Positions 9,605 through 19,506 of a stretch of 64,000 nt of DNA are shown one piece after another. The first letter of the stretch is position 1. Each line of letters begins with the position of its first letter. The stretch comes from Candidatus Latescibacterota bacterium (GTDB taxonomy: Bacteria > Latescibacterota > UBA2968). The stretch is from contig OZ242195.1 in assembly GCA_965205975.1 (NCBI GenBank), positions 4,000,001 to 4,064,000 on the forward strand. The letters run 5' to 3'. Both the position numbers and the translations under genes were made by a program. Under the pieces are notes generated by a model. The model was given only the letters and a program-made list of their open reading frames with translations, made no database searches and was not told where the DNA came from.

Positions 9605-11005
9605 CTACTTCGGCACCTTGAGCACAGCGTAAAAATTGGCATAGTGCCGGCGGGTCTCTCTGCGAATGATCATTCCAATTTCGTCACCGGGTTTCAGCTG
9701 GGCCAACACATCTTCGTAATCTTCCATCGAACGCATGGCTCTGCGATTCATCTCGCGAATCACATCTCCCCGCTGCAAACCCGCCGCATCGGCCGCGCTT
9801 TCCGTTCTCACATCGGTAATGAGCATGCCCCATTGTGCATTATAACCAAACTGACGGGCAATCGCGGGCGTCATCTCCTGAACATTCAGCCCCAGGACGC
9901 GTTGTCGCTCGATCTCTTTCAGACCGCGAAAGGGATCAAACGCATCCACCGTTACGCGCAGCTTTCTATTTTCCCCACTTCGGATCACCTCAATGATCAC
10001 CTGGGCGCCCGGAGGGGTTCGCGCAATACGCGTGAGAAACTCATCTGCATTGGAAATCTCGCGATCATTCAACCCCACAATCACATCGCCGGGTTGTAAA
10101 CCCGTTTGCTCGGCAAATTCTCCCACCTCCTGAATCAACGCACCCCGATTCACAGATAACCCCAGTGCTTCGGAAAGCCCCGGCGTCAGATCCTGAACCA
10201 CCACATCCAGATACCCGCGTTTAACCTCCCCATCTTCGATAATCTGCTGCATAATATTGCGCGCCATATTAATTGGCACAGCCAACCCAATGCCCTGACT
10301 TCCCCCACTGCGCGACAAAATCGCCGTATTCAGACCCACCAGTTCTCCGCGCAAATTCACCATTGCCCCACCGCTATTGCCCGGGTTAATCGCCGCATCT
10401 GTCTGAATAAAATCTTCATAATCCACAATATCTAAATTGCCTCGCCCAATCGCGCTCACAATACCGTACGTCACCGTATGCCGCAAACCATACGGATTGC
10501 CAATTGCCAGCACCCAGGCCCCGACCTTCAACTTATCCGAATCGCCCATCTTCAGCGCGGGCAAATCGCGCCCATCAATTTTCAACACCGCGACATCGCT
10601 CTGCGGATCTGTCCCCACCAGCGTTGCGCCGAACTTTCTGCCATCGTCGAGTTCTATTTCAATAGAATCGGCCTCTGCAATAACGTGATTATTGGTCAAA
10701 ACATAACCATCCCGAGAAACAATAACCCCCGACCCCAAACCCTGCTGCCGCTGTTCTCTCCGATACTGCAGACCACCACCGAAAAAATGATCGAAAAACG
10801 GATTGCCCGTTGATCTTCGCACCCCAACCACTACATCTCTTTTCTTAATAACCGCGACCACACCCGGATTGACCTCGGAAGCCACCGCAGCAAAAGCCTC
10901 GCTAAACTTTTCCATTTGTGCGATCGTCGCCTGAGATTCGGGATCAATTTTTGCCTCAACCTGCAACACCGTAAATCCCGCAATCAGTATCGATATCCAT
11001 CTCAT
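9605..11005 (-). CDS. degP: Do/HtrA-family serine endoprotease with two PDZ domains
   Basis: LTNNHV, SDVAVL and TDAAINPGNSGG catalytic motifs plus PDZ regions. The ATG is at 11005; the track end of 11007 is not a multiple of 3. Confidence 0.92.
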   Translation of the reverse strand: MRWISILIAGFTVLQVEAKIDPESQATIAQMEKFSEAFAAVASEVNPGVVAVIKKRDVVVGVRRSTGNPFFDHFFGGGLQYRREQRQQGLGSGVIVSRDGYVLTNNHVIAEADSIEIELDDGRKFGATLVGTDPQSDVAVLKIDGRDLPALKMGDSDKLKVGAWVLAIGNPYGLRHTVTYGIVSAIGRGNLDIVDYEDFIQTDAAINPGNSGGAMVNLRGELVGLNTAILSRSGGSQGIGLAVPINMARNIMQQIIEDGEVKRGYLDVVVQDLTPGLSEALGLSVNRGALIQEVGEFAEQTGLQPGDVIVGLNDREISNADEFLTRIARTPPGAQVIIEVIRSGENRKLRVTVDAFDPFRGLKEIERQRVLGLNVQEMTPAIARQFGYNAQWGMLITDVRTESAADAAGLQRGDVIREMNRRAMRSMEDYEDVLAQLKPGDEIGMIIRRETRRHYANFYAVLKVPK

Positions 11006-11059
11006 ACATCATTTCTCCGTTATAGCTATCAGCTCTCAGCCATCAGTTCCCCGCCCATC

Positions 11060-11134
11060 CCGGACGCCTGCTTAAGACATGCAGGCGTGACATGCTCCTA
11101 TCGTCATCGCGGCATGCTTAAAGCCGCGATCCAG
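11060..11134. repeat. Inverted pair of CTGGAT...ATGACG-type palindromic elements
   Basis: Variant CCGGACGCCTGCTTAAGACATGCAGGCGTGAC (11060-11091) and reverse copy CGTCATCGCGGCATGCTTAAAGCCGCGATCCAG (11102-11134). Confidence 0.85.
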
Positions 11135-11221
11135 GAGGTTTTAGCCGACCATTTAGTTATCACCTCACAAACTATCGCAAGGCGTCAAAAGTTCCTGAAA
11201 TTGTCCAATCCCGTCAATGAC

Positions 11222-11261
11222 AAAAAAAAGGCCGAGATCCACAGAGAATCTCGGCTTTCTT
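11222..11261 (-). terminator. Intrinsic terminator
   Basis: A-run, GCCGAGAT/ATCTCGGC stem, then TTTCTT; lies downstream of the 11280-11609 gene. Confidence 0.75.
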
Positions 11262-11279
11262 GAATATTAAAAAATGTAC

Positions 11280-11609
11280 TTAAGCAGCTGACTTATCCGA
11301 CGGACGCACCTTTTTCAGCGCAGACATCCAGGTCAGTTCGTAAACCACCAGCGCACCTCGCCATACCTCGACATTTTCAAGTCCGCTGTACACCAATTGC
11401 GCAGCCTGTTCAATCGTCGCTTCTGCGGCCTTTACCTCGGGCTGATCGGCCACTATTTTCATGGGAACGGGACCATAAGCGGCGCGAATGCGATTAATCA
11501 CCTCACAGACTTCCCGACGAAACTGAGGGACGAAACGGGACCGAGAGGTAGCCCGTTGTACCCCGTTTGATCGTGAACCGACAGCCGACATAGAAAAAAT
11601 GCGTCTCAT
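11280..11609 (-). CDS. Hypothetical protein
   Basis: 109-aa ORF with RBS AGGAG, its own promoter and terminator; no family recognised. Confidence 0.75.
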   Translation of the reverse strand: MRRIFSMSAVGSRSNGVQRATSRSRFVPQFRREVCEVINRIRAAYGPVPMKIVADQPEVKAAEATIEQAAQLVYSGLENVEVWRGALVVYELTWMSALKKVRPSDKSAA

Positions 11610-11729
11610 GGAAACATCTCCTGTCTAAATTAGGTGAAATACATCGACGAAATTCGTCGTATATAATCACAAAAACTTTCCTAAACTCAATTTTTACATA
11701 ATATTATATACTATTTTCCAACCGCCATA

Positions 11730-11758
11730 AATATAGTGAACATTTGTATATGCGTCAA
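11730..11758 (-). promoter_or_regulatory. Sigma70-type promoter
   Basis: TTGACG-17 bp-TATATT on the - strand, upstream of 11609. Confidence 0.7.
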
Positions 11759-11863
11759 GGGTAAAATATCACAATCTCACAAAAAAAACTTTCCCTTAAC
11801 CCGCTGCGATATTATCTTTTGCCTTTATTTAAGAGATTCCAACTAACACAGGAAAGGAGCATC

Positions 11864-12931
11864 ATGGCAGACAAACTCAAAGTCGGTATCATCGGCGTTG
11901 GCGGCATTGCACGCACGCACATACCCGGATGGGCCGCTTCCCAACATGCCGACCTGATAGCTGGCAGCGACATCAATGCAGACGTACTGAATCAATGGGG
12001 CGAAAATAACGACATATCCTTCCTATCCACCGATCCGGAAGACCTGTTCAAAAATCCCGATATCGATATCATCGACATCTGTACCCCCAACAATTATCAC
12101 GCGCCATTGGCCATTGCCGCGCTTGAAGCGGGCAAACACGTCATCTGCGAAAAGCCACTTGCCCCCAATCCGGAACTCATCAAAAACATGATTGCCGCAC
12201 GCGACAAATCCGGCAAAACCCTGATGACAGCGCAACATTTTCGTTTCTCGGGCAAATCAAAAGCCATGCGAGCCGAACTCGACACAGGCGTACTCGGAGA
12301 CATCTACCACGCGCGAAGCTGGATGCTCCGCCGCTCAGGGGCACCAAACACACCGGGCTTTATACAAAAACAACACAGCGGCGGCGGTCCCTGCATCGAC
12401 ATCGGCGTACACATCCTGGACCTCACACTCTGGTTTATGAATAACCCCAATCCCGTATCTGTCACCGGTGTCGCCCGTGCAGAAATCGCCCACCAGAAAG
12501 GTGCCTTCAGCAATTGGGGTCTCATCCCATCGGAGCAGTTTGACGTGGAAGACTTCGCCGCGGCTTTTGTGCGCTTTGAAAATGGGGCAACCCTCGTACT
12601 CGAAGTTAGCTGGTTGCTCCACCACAAAACGCAGGGCGAAGACATGCAAATGTGGCTCTACGGCACCAAAGGGGGCAGCCACTGGCCCAGTTGTGAAATT
12701 TACCAAAGCAACAACGACACAAGACAGCACTACAACCACACCCTGCAAAATACCAGAGACCTGCTCGAACCCCACGCACAAGAATGCGTCGAATTTGCCC
12801 AGGCCATCGCCGAAGGCAAGCCATCACCCGTGCCTGCCGAGCAATCGCTGCAAGTCATGGCAATCCTCAACGGCATCTATCGCAGCCAGGAAACGGGCGA
12901 AGAAGTAAAAGTCACCCAGGAAACATCGTGA
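11864..12931 (+). CDS. Gfo/Idh/MocA-family oxidoreductase
   Basis: GIIGVGGIA, AGKHVICEKP, GGGPCIDIGVH; start moved to the ATG after AAGGAG. Confidence 0.93.
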   Translation: MADKLKVGIIGVGGIARTHIPGWAASQHADLIAGSDINADVLNQWGENNDISFLSTDPEDLFKNPDIDIIDICTPNNYHAPLAIAALEAGKHVICEKPLAPNPELIKNMIAARDKSGKTLMTAQHFRFSGKSKAMRAELDTGVLGDIYHARSWMLRRSGAPNTPGFIQKQHSGGGPCIDIGVHILDLTLWFMNNPNPVSVTGVARAEIAHQKGAFSNWGLIPSEQFDVEDFAAAFVRFENGATLVLEVSWLLHHKTQGEDMQMWLYGTKGGSHWPSCEIYQSNNDTRQHYNHTLQNTRDLLEPHAQECVEFAQAIAEGKPSPVPAEQSLQVMAILNGIYRSQETGEEVKVTQETS

Positions 12932-13548
12932 TCTTTATATCCACCATCGTCGGTCCGCTCCAGGTTAATTGTTACATCCTCGCCTGTGAAAAAACGCGCG
13001 AAGGCATTGTAATAGATCCCGGCGACGATACCGACACCATACTGAATCTCATCGAAGACCACGACATCAAGATCATCGAAATAATTGCCACACACGGACA
13101 TTTTGACCACATCGGGCGCGTCGCATCGCTGAAAAAAAAAACAGGTGCGCCATTCGCCATCCACAAAGCCGATGTATTCATGGTCGAGTCGCTTATAGAC
13201 ATTGTGGCACCTCTGGGTCTTCAAACCGATCCACCGCCCAAAATCGACCGTTTTATCGATGAAGGCGATACCATTGTCTTTGGCCGCGAAACCTTGAACA
13301 TCCTCCATGTACCGGGTCACGCGCCCGGCAACATCGCGCTCACCTGGCCGGGCCACGCTATTGTTGGCGATACTGTATTCTCCGGCTCTATTGGCAGAAC
13401 CGATCTCGAAGGCGCAGACCTGCAAACGCTCATGGACTCAATCCACACCAAAATCCTCACCCTCCCCGACGACACAGTCCTTCACCCTGGACATGGGCCA
13501 GACACAACCATAGACCGCGAAAAACGCATCAACCCATTTCTCTTATAG
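12928..13548 (+). CDS. MBL-fold metallo-hydrolase (glyoxalase II-like)
   Basis: THGHFDHIG, PGHAPG, GDTVF, PGHG; GTG start overlaps the upstream stop. Confidence 0.92.
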   Translation: MIFISTIVGPLQVNCYILACEKTREGIVIDPGDDTDTILNLIEDHDIKIIEIIATHGHFDHIGRVASLKKKTGAPFAIHKADVFMVESLIDIVAPLGLQTDPPPKIDRFIDEGDTIVFGRETLNILHVPGHAPGNIALTWPGHAIVGDTVFSGSIGRTDLEGADLQTLMDSIHTKILTLPDDTVLHPGHGPDTTIDREKRINPFLL

Positions 13549-13561
13549 GACCACTTCTCAC

Positions 13562-15061
13562 ATGAACATCTCTACCACCATCGGCAACATCCTCGAAATT
13601 ACAACAGACGCCATCGTGCTCAACCTCTTTGAAGGCGTCACAGAACCGGGCGGCGCAACAGGTGCAGCCAATCGCGCACTGGACGGGCTTATTGCCGACC
13701 TCATCGCAGGCGGTGACTTCAGCGGCAAACGCAACCAAACCGCCGTACTCTATCCCCGCCAGGACGTAGCCTCGTCGCGCCTCATTCTCGTTGGCCTGGG
13801 TAAACGAGAAGACTTCACGCCCAACCAGGTGCGTCTCGCATCCGCATCTGCAACCAGAGAAGCCATCAAACTCGGCGCAAAAACCCTCGCCTCCATCATC
13901 CACGGGGGCGGCATAGGCGGCCTTGATGTCTCCGACGCCGCACAAGCCACTGTTGAAGGCGCGATTCTCGGCAATTACAAATTCACCAATTACAAAACAA
14001 ACAATAACGATCCCAAACGTCTCGACACCTTTACCCTCGTCGAATTTGACACATCCAAACAGACCGATGTCGAAAAAGGCGCGAATACCGGACAAATCAT
14101 CGCCGAAAGCGTGTGTTTTGCCCGCGACCTGAGCAACACCCCCGGCAATGACTTGCCACCGGCAACACTGGCCGAACACGCGCTACAAATGGCTCGTGAA
14201 ACAGGGCTTTCCTGTGAAATATTTGACGAACAGCGCATCTCAAATGAAGGCATGGGTGCCCTGAGCGCAGTGGGGCAGGGAAGTGCTCGGCCACCTCGTT
14301 TCGTCATCCTCGAACACGCAGGTGTCGATCCCAATGCCGCGCCCATCATCTTCATTGGCAAAGGCATAACCTTTGACACCGGCGGCATATCCCTCAAAGG
14401 TGGCGACGGCATGTGGAACATGAAATTTGACATGAGTGGGTCCGCAGCCGTCATCGGCGCAATGCGAGCCGTGGCAAAACTCGACCTTCCCCACCGCGTC
14501 ATTGGCCTGGTTGCCGCCGCAGAAAACATGCCCGATGGTCGCGCGTATCGGCCCGGCGATATCTTGCATCCCCTCGGCACCAAGACCGTTGAAATACACA
14601 GCACAGATGCCGAAGGCCGCCTCGCCCTCATCGACGCCATCGCATACAGCGCGCGCTACGCGCCCAAAGCAGCCATTGACCTTGCCACACTAACCGGTGC
14701 TTGCGTCACCGCACTCGGCAACGAAGTTAGTGGCTTGATGGGCAACAACAACGACCTCATCGCTCAGATTCACGAAGCGGGCAATCGCACCGGTGAAATT
14801 GCCTGGCATCTTCCCATTCTCGACAGTCACAGAGACCGCATCAAAAGCAATGTGGCCGACCTCAAAAACTCAGGCGGTCGGCCCGCAGGCGCACTCACCG
14901 CCGCCGCATTCCTCGAAGCCTATGTCCAGAACTTTCCCTGGGCACACCTCGACATCGCCGGCACTGCATCGACAAGTTCTGCCAAACCCGACGCCCCCAT
15001 CGGAGCCACGGGCGTTGGCGTACGCTTATTGATCGATTTCCTGCGCCATCAAGACGAATAG
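13562..15061 (+). CDS. pepA: Leucyl aminopeptidase (M17)
   Basis: GKGITFDTGG, MKFDMSG, TDAEGRL, DLATLTGA, WAHLDIAG. Confidence 0.96.
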   Translation: MNISTTIGNILEITTDAIVLNLFEGVTEPGGATGAANRALDGLIADLIAGGDFSGKRNQTAVLYPRQDVASSRLILVGLGKREDFTPNQVRLASASATREAIKLGAKTLASIIHGGGIGGLDVSDAAQATVEGAILGNYKFTNYKTNNNDPKRLDTFTLVEFDTSKQTDVEKGANTGQIIAESVCFARDLSNTPGNDLPPATLAEHALQMARETGLSCEIFDEQRISNEGMGALSAVGQGSARPPRFVILEHAGVDPNAAPIIFIGKGITFDTGGISLKGGDGMWNMKFDMSGSAAVIGAMRAVAKLDLPHRVIGLVAAAENMPDGRAYRPGDILHPLGTKTVEIHSTDAEGRLALIDAIAYSARYAPKAAIDLATLTGACVTALGNEVSGLMGNNNDLIAQIHEAGNRTGEIAWHLPILDSHRDRIKSNVADLKNSGGRPAGALTAAAFLEAYVQNFPWAHLDIAGTASTSSAKPDAPIGATGVGVRLLIDFLRHQDE

Positions 15062-15114
15062 ACGAATAGACGACGACGGGCTGATGATTGATGACTGATA
15101 AAAAACAAAACCTT

Positions 15115-15147
15115 CTGGATTGCGGCTAAAAGCCTGCCGCAATGACG
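15115..15147. repeat. CTGGAT...ATGACG palindromic element
   Basis: CTGGATTGCGGCTAAAAGCCTGCCGCAATGACG, with a compensatory stem change (TTGCGG/CCGCAA). Confidence 0.85.
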
Positions 15148-15171
15148 ATGGTTGGGGACTGACCGCTGACT

Positions 15172-15201
15172 GTTGATTCGTTGATTCGTTGATTCGTTGA
15201 T
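15172..15201. repeat. 8-bp tandem repeat (GTTGATTC), 3 full units plus a partial
   Basis: Read directly; a related AGACGAAT tandem overlaps the pepA stop. Confidence 0.85.
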
Positions 15202-15252
15202 GAACTGGCCTGAAAAACGGCCAGTTGTACCCCGTTCCGTTGATTCGTCCAG

Positions 15253-15822
15253 CTATCTCTCACCCAAAGAGAACATCAGCCCAGCGTGAATACCAAAATT
15301 ATTTGTTGACCCGGACGCAAAAGCGCGAAACCATCGGCACTGTACAAATGCGCCTATGCCCTCGGCAACATCAAACCGCATACCACCTGCTACGGCAATC
15401 AACGCCTCGGTTGACGTTCCCGTTACAAATTCTCCGGTCGCTGGATCTATTGACAGGTCCACTATAACGTCTCCGGTCACTGGATCTAGACCCACTGGAA
15501 CAATCACGGGAAATCCGCGTGCGTGCAACACCCCGCCGGCAACCCCAAAAAACACCGTACCATAGTGATCGGACAAAGGAGCTTTGTAAACCAGACTAAC
15601 ACCCGCTGGGATTTCTGAAATACCGTCCTTTCGATAAAACTCAACAAAAGGTGCCAGATACGTCGGATACAAATCTCCAATGGGAAAATCTATGGACAGG
15701 TGCCCGCCCACGCGCGTGGGATCAAAAAGAGCGCCCCCGCCTATCTTGACATCCACCTGTGCATCTGCCCGACCAAACATCGCGATTATAATGAAAAAAA
15801 ACACCGCAACCATCGACTTCAT
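15253..15822 (-). CDS. Putative small outer-membrane beta-barrel protein
   Basis: Signal peptide (ADA-Q), alternating beta-strand pattern, C-terminal FGIHAGLMFSL; start moved to the ATG after CAGGAGG. Confidence 0.7.
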   Translation of the reverse strand: MKSMVAVFFFIIIAMFGRADAQVDVKIGGGALFDPTRVGGHLSIDFPIGDLYPTYLAPFVEFYRKDGISEIPAGVSLVYKAPLSDHYGTVFFGVAGGVLHARGFPVIVPVGLDPVTGDVIVDLSIDPATGEFVTGTSTEALIAVAGGMRFDVAEGIGAFVQCRWFRAFASGSTNNFGIHAGLMFSLGER

Positions 15823-15855
15823 ACACACCTCCTGATAATAAAATAAGGAACACAC

Positions 15856-16485
15856 ATGCCAACCGACCTCATACTAATCTGTCATGGACAGGCCAGAAAA
15901 CGCGACGGCGAACACCATTACGGCTGGTGGGCCGACATGCCCCTCTCGCATCGAGGCAAACAACAAGCCCTGCTCATTGGCGAACGCCTCAGAAACGACT
16001 TTGACATTCGCAGCCTCTACACCAGCCCCCAGAAATGCGCCCGTCAAACAGCCGAATGGATAGGCGACTTTCTCCATATCGTGCCCGAAGTAGAAAATGA
16101 CCTGCGCGAACTTGAAAGCGGCGACCTCGCCACACTCTCCAGCGAAGAAGTCCAAAAATATTACCCCGGCTTTTTTGGTGGACAATCCCTCGAAGAGGCG
16201 CGCGTTCCGGGCAGCGAAACCTATGCCGACCTGCACACCCGCGTTGCCAGTACCGTGAGCCAACTCGTCAACGAATCGCCCGACCAACAAATTGTGTGCA
16301 TCACTCACGTCCGACCTATTGTCGCCTGCCTACAAGCGATCATGGGATACACACCCGAAGACGAGCACAAACCCCAATTCGCGTGCCACTCAGCCTCCAT
16401 TCATCATCTACAACTCGACCCCGGAGGCGAACCCACCTTCATGGCGCTCAACGATATTGCCCATCTCGCAGACCTGCCCAGATAA
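15856..16485 (+). CDS. Histidine phosphatase (PGM) family protein with degenerate active site
   Basis: LICHGQ (canonical RHG), DMPLS, YTSPQKCARQTA, LRE, PGSETY, ITH, LNDIAHL. Confidence 0.85.
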   Translation: MPTDLILICHGQARKRDGEHHYGWWADMPLSHRGKQQALLIGERLRNDFDIRSLYTSPQKCARQTAEWIGDFLHIVPEVENDLRELESGDLATLSSEEVQKYYPGFFGGQSLEEARVPGSETYADLHTRVASTVSQLVNESPDQQIVCITHVRPIVACLQAIMGYTPEDEHKPQFACHSASIHHLQLDPGGEPTFMALNDIAHLADLPR

Positions 16486-16493
16486 TTCACACG

Positions 16494-17330
16494 TCATCCG
16501 ACCAGATGCGTAAGCCCCAGCATCTCCCGGGCATCATTTGGCGTGGCAATCTCGCCCTGAAGTTTCTCCACAATACTCGCAGCGAGATCGACCATCTGTG
16601 CATTGCTCTTGAGCAAAACACCTCTCCGAAGATAAATATTATCTTCAAAACCCACCCGTATATGCCCTCCCAAGAGAAAGGCCATAGTAATCATCGGCAA
16701 CTGTCCTTTTCCCACACCCAAAGCGGACCAGATCACATCGGGCGGCAAAAGACTCTTCATAAAAATCAGATTTTCGGGTGTGGCTTCAATACCCCATCCG
16801 GGCCCCATACACAACTGGATAAACGGGGGATCTTCGAACAACCCCTCCGCAATCATATACCGCGCTTGGCGGATATGACCGGCATCAAAAACTTCGATCT
16901 CCGGCTTAACGCGATGCTCGCGCATGCGCTTTGCCGCAGCAACACCCCATTCGGGTGGATTCATAAACACCCGAGTGCCAAAATTCACCGAACCGATATC
17001 CAGAGAGCAAATCTCGGGCTTCAGCATAACCGGCTCAAGCCGCTCCTCAATAATATTCTCCCCTTTAATATTTCCCCCGCTCGTCGTCAGATTAATCGCA
17101 ATATCGCAAGCTTGCCGAATCCGATCCACCACCTCCTTAAAAAGCTCAATCCGCGAACAAACAATACCCGTCTCGGGATCGCGCACATGGATATGCGTAA
17201 TCGCCGCGCCCGCCTTATGGCACTCGATAGCGGCTTCTGCAATCTCCTTTGGCGTATAAGGCACCGCCGGATTCATATCCTTCGTAGGACCCGAACCCAC
17301 AACCGCCACTGAAATAATTGTCTTATCCAT
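16494..17330 (-). CDS. Beta-keto acid cleavage enzyme (BKACE/DUF849, Kce family)
   Basis: [43 protein letters not shown]. Confidence 0.92.
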   Translation of the reverse strand: MDKTIISVAVVGSGPTKDMNPAVPYTPKEIAEAAIECHKAGAAITHIHVRDPETGIVCSRIELFKEVVDRIRQACDIAINLTTSGGNIKGENIIEERLEPVMLKPEICSLDIGSVNFGTRVFMNPPEWGVAAAKRMREHRVKPEIEVFDAGHIRQARYMIAEGLFEDPPFIQLCMGPGWGIEATPENLIFMKSLLPPDVIWSALGVGKGQLPMITMAFLLGGHIRVGFEDNIYLRRGVLLKSNAQMVDLAASIVEKLQGEIATPNDAREMLGLTHLVG

Positions 17331-17354
17331 TTTTGTCTCTCTTGTCCTCTACAA

Positions 17355-18563
17355 TTAAAACGGCACCAACCAATCCTCTTCAATCCCCAGATCAAAACCC
17401 GGACCCGTCGGCGCAAACTCCAGATAGCTATTGCGCGGCACATGCGCGCCGGGTTGCGCCACTTCTTCAAGCGGTACCCCCGGATCAGAACCGATATAAT
17501 ACTCACACCAGGGCGTATTGGGCATTGCCCAGCTCAAATGCTGACCGTACGCATCGCGTCCCCCGCCGTGCAGACAAACCTCCAGACCCGCCGCCGCAGC
17601 CATATTACAAATTTTGACACAAGCAGTCAAACCCCCTACCCACTGAATATCGGGCTGGAGAATATCGAGACACCGATTTTCGATCATCAACTGGTAGGGA
17701 TACGGCGTGTAAAAATGCTCGCCACTGGCAAGCGTCAACCAGGGCAGGCGTTTCTTGAGTTCAATATGCCCCCCAACATCCTCGGGAATCAGGCACTCTT
17801 CCATCCAGCGCAAATTATAAGGACGCAGACGATTGGCCAGACGCGCGGTATATTCCACATCAAAAGCCATATAACAATCGAGCATGAGATCGCAATCATC
17901 GCCGATCAACTCGCGGACCTCGGCTATTCGCCTCTCGTTCTCCCCCAATCCCCACAACCCATCAACCGGCCCGTATTGACAGGGCAGCTTAAACGCCCGA
18001 AATCCCAACTCCTTGTACCAATCCACATCATCACCCGTCGCATACACAAACAAACGGTCGCGCGCCGGACCGCCCAGAAGCTCATAAACGGGCTTGCCCT
18101 GCAATTTCCCCGCCAGATCCCACAGCGCCAGATCCACAGCACTAATTGCCAACGAGGCAATCCCCACAGTCCCAAAAGATTTGGACACGCGAAACATCAT
18201 ATCCCAAAGCTTTTCAATAGCCAGGCAACTCTCCCCTTCCAGTATATGCGCGAAAGCATCTTCCACCACCATAGCAACCGGACGTCCCGCCGACGTGCCG
18301 AGGCCCCATGTCCCATCTTCAGCGGTCACCTTAACCGAGAACCTGGGCCATTGTCTGGCACCGTAAAGCTGACGCCGCGCCTTAAACCGCGGGAACTTAG
18401 ACATTGGATTTGCCACTTCTATCTGCGTGGGCCACGCCTTTCGATACCCCTTTGTCCTCGGGGCTGCACCTGTTGAAGCAGCGAGTGTCGTACCAGAACC
18501 CGTTGAGACCTGGCTTGCATCTGGCCGTTCAACGCGAACGACTTCGACGGATTTGATTTTCAT
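17355..18563 (-). CDS. Enolase-superfamily acid-sugar dehydratase (L-rhamnonate dehydratase-like)
   Basis: VANPMS, AISAVDLALWDL, LMLDCYM, WMEECL, GEH, QPDIQWVGG; start moved to MKIKSVEV. Confidence 0.88.
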   Translation of the reverse strand: MKIKSVEVVRVERPDASQVSTGSGTTLAASTGAAPRTKGYRKAWPTQIEVANPMSKFPRFKARRQLYGARQWPRFSVKVTAEDGTWGLGTSAGRPVAMVVEDAFAHILEGESCLAIEKLWDMMFRVSKSFGTVGIASLAISAVDLALWDLAGKLQGKPVYELLGGPARDRLFVYATGDDVDWYKELGFRAFKLPCQYGPVDGLWGLGENERRIAEVRELIGDDCDLMLDCYMAFDVEYTARLANRLRPYNLRWMEECLIPEDVGGHIELKKRLPWLTLASGEHFYTPYPYQLMIENRCLDILQPDIQWVGGLTACVKICNMAAAAGLEVCLHGGGRDAYGQHLSWAMPNTPWCEYYIGSDPGVPLEEVAQPGAHVPRNSYLEFAPTGPGFDLGIEEDWLVPF

Positions 18564-18606
18564 GTGTTGTCCTTTTCTCGTATTGGAATAATCCCCAGAA
18601 ACAAAC

Positions 18607-18652
18607 AATGTAGCAACAACGCGACATTGTCAACCGCATTTCAAAACATATC
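18607..18652 (-). promoter_or_regulatory. Promoter-bearing direct repeat, copy 1
   Basis: - strand reads TTGAAATGCGG-TTGACA-15 bp-TACATT with an extended -10 TG; repeated at 19443 and 26925. Confidence 0.75.
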
Positions 18653-18664
18653 CCTTCCATTTCT

Positions 18665-19153
18665 TCAAACTTCATCAACCAATTCTAAAACTCTTCGTTT
18701 TAAGTCTTCAGACAACCACATCCCAGCAACCTCAAGCGCATTGAGAATAGGGGCCACTGATTCAATCATATTTTTTTGTCTGGCAGAAGCCAATAAGCCA
18801 ACAGTGCCGATGACTTGAAGACCACATATTTCGGCCTGATATCTGGCGTCCAGATCATCTAAGATTACCCAATCAGCATGACCATCAAGCGCAAGGAGGA
18901 TGGCTTCACGTTCACCAGCACCGAGGGAATCGACTCTTTCTGATACAGAGCGACGTTCTATTTGTCGAATCTCAATCCAAGGATAATCGGTAAGATTGGG
19001 AATGCGAACACCCTGCGCCTTACCTTTCGCCAATTCTGTAACGACGGCTTCAGGCACAATTACCCGATCAAAGAGGCGGTGTAGCAGGGTCAGTTGGTCA
19101 ATTCGGTAGAAGTAAAGCAGAGGGGATGTATCGACACTACAGATTCCTGGCAC
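18665..19153 (-). CDS. PIN-domain toxin (DUF3368 family)
   Basis: VDTSPL, LGAGEREAI, ILDDLDAR, GTVGLL. Confidence 0.9.
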   Translation of the reverse strand: MPGICSVDTSPLLYFYRIDQLTLLHRLFDRVIVPEAVVTELAKGKAQGVRIPNLTDYPWIEIRQIERRSVSERVDSLGAGEREAILLALDGHADWVILDDLDARYQAEICGLQVIGTVGLLASARQKNMIESVAPILNALEVAGMWLSEDLKRRVLELVDEV

Positions 19154-19397
19154 TGGAAATATCCTTTGCCAATTCTTCTGGAGTCAGATTGATAGGAGAT
19201 ACCTGGTAGGATTTTAAAGCATCTAAAAATACAACGCGCTCCAGGCCCGCAAACCGAGCCGCCTGGCCCGATGACAAACGTCCGAGTTCAAACAGTTTGA
19301 CAGCTATGAGCATGCGGCCTTGTTCGGCGAATTGTTCAGGCGTTTCACTGAGGGTCTGCAGAATATCATCTGGACATTCAAATGTAATTTTTAACAT
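19137..19397 (-). CDS. UPF0175-family antitoxin
   Basis: AVKLFELGRLSSGQAARFAGL; overlaps the PIN gene. Confidence 0.9.
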   Translation of the reverse strand: MLKITFECPDDILQTLSETPEQFAEQGRMLIAVKLFELGRLSSGQAARFAGLERVVFLDALKSYQVSPINLTPEELAKDISSARNL

Positions 19398-19442
19398 GTG
19401 CGCCCCGTTCTATCCATATTTGAATTACACCTATAAACAAAA

Positions 19443-19481
19443 AGTGTAGCAACAACGCGATTTTGTCAACCTCATTTCAAA
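19443..19481 (-). promoter_or_regulatory. Promoter-bearing direct repeat, copy 2
   Basis: GTGTAGCAACAACGCGATTTTGTCAACCTCATTTCAAA on +. Confidence 0.75.
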
Positions 19482-19506
19482 TTATTCGCCCAATCTGCGC
19501 TCAAAA

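Noticed and set aside
9605..11007. ORF-track coordinates for the HtrA gene
   Set aside because: The span of 1403 nt is not a multiple of 3; the ATG of MRWISIL is at 11005, so I used 9605-11005.
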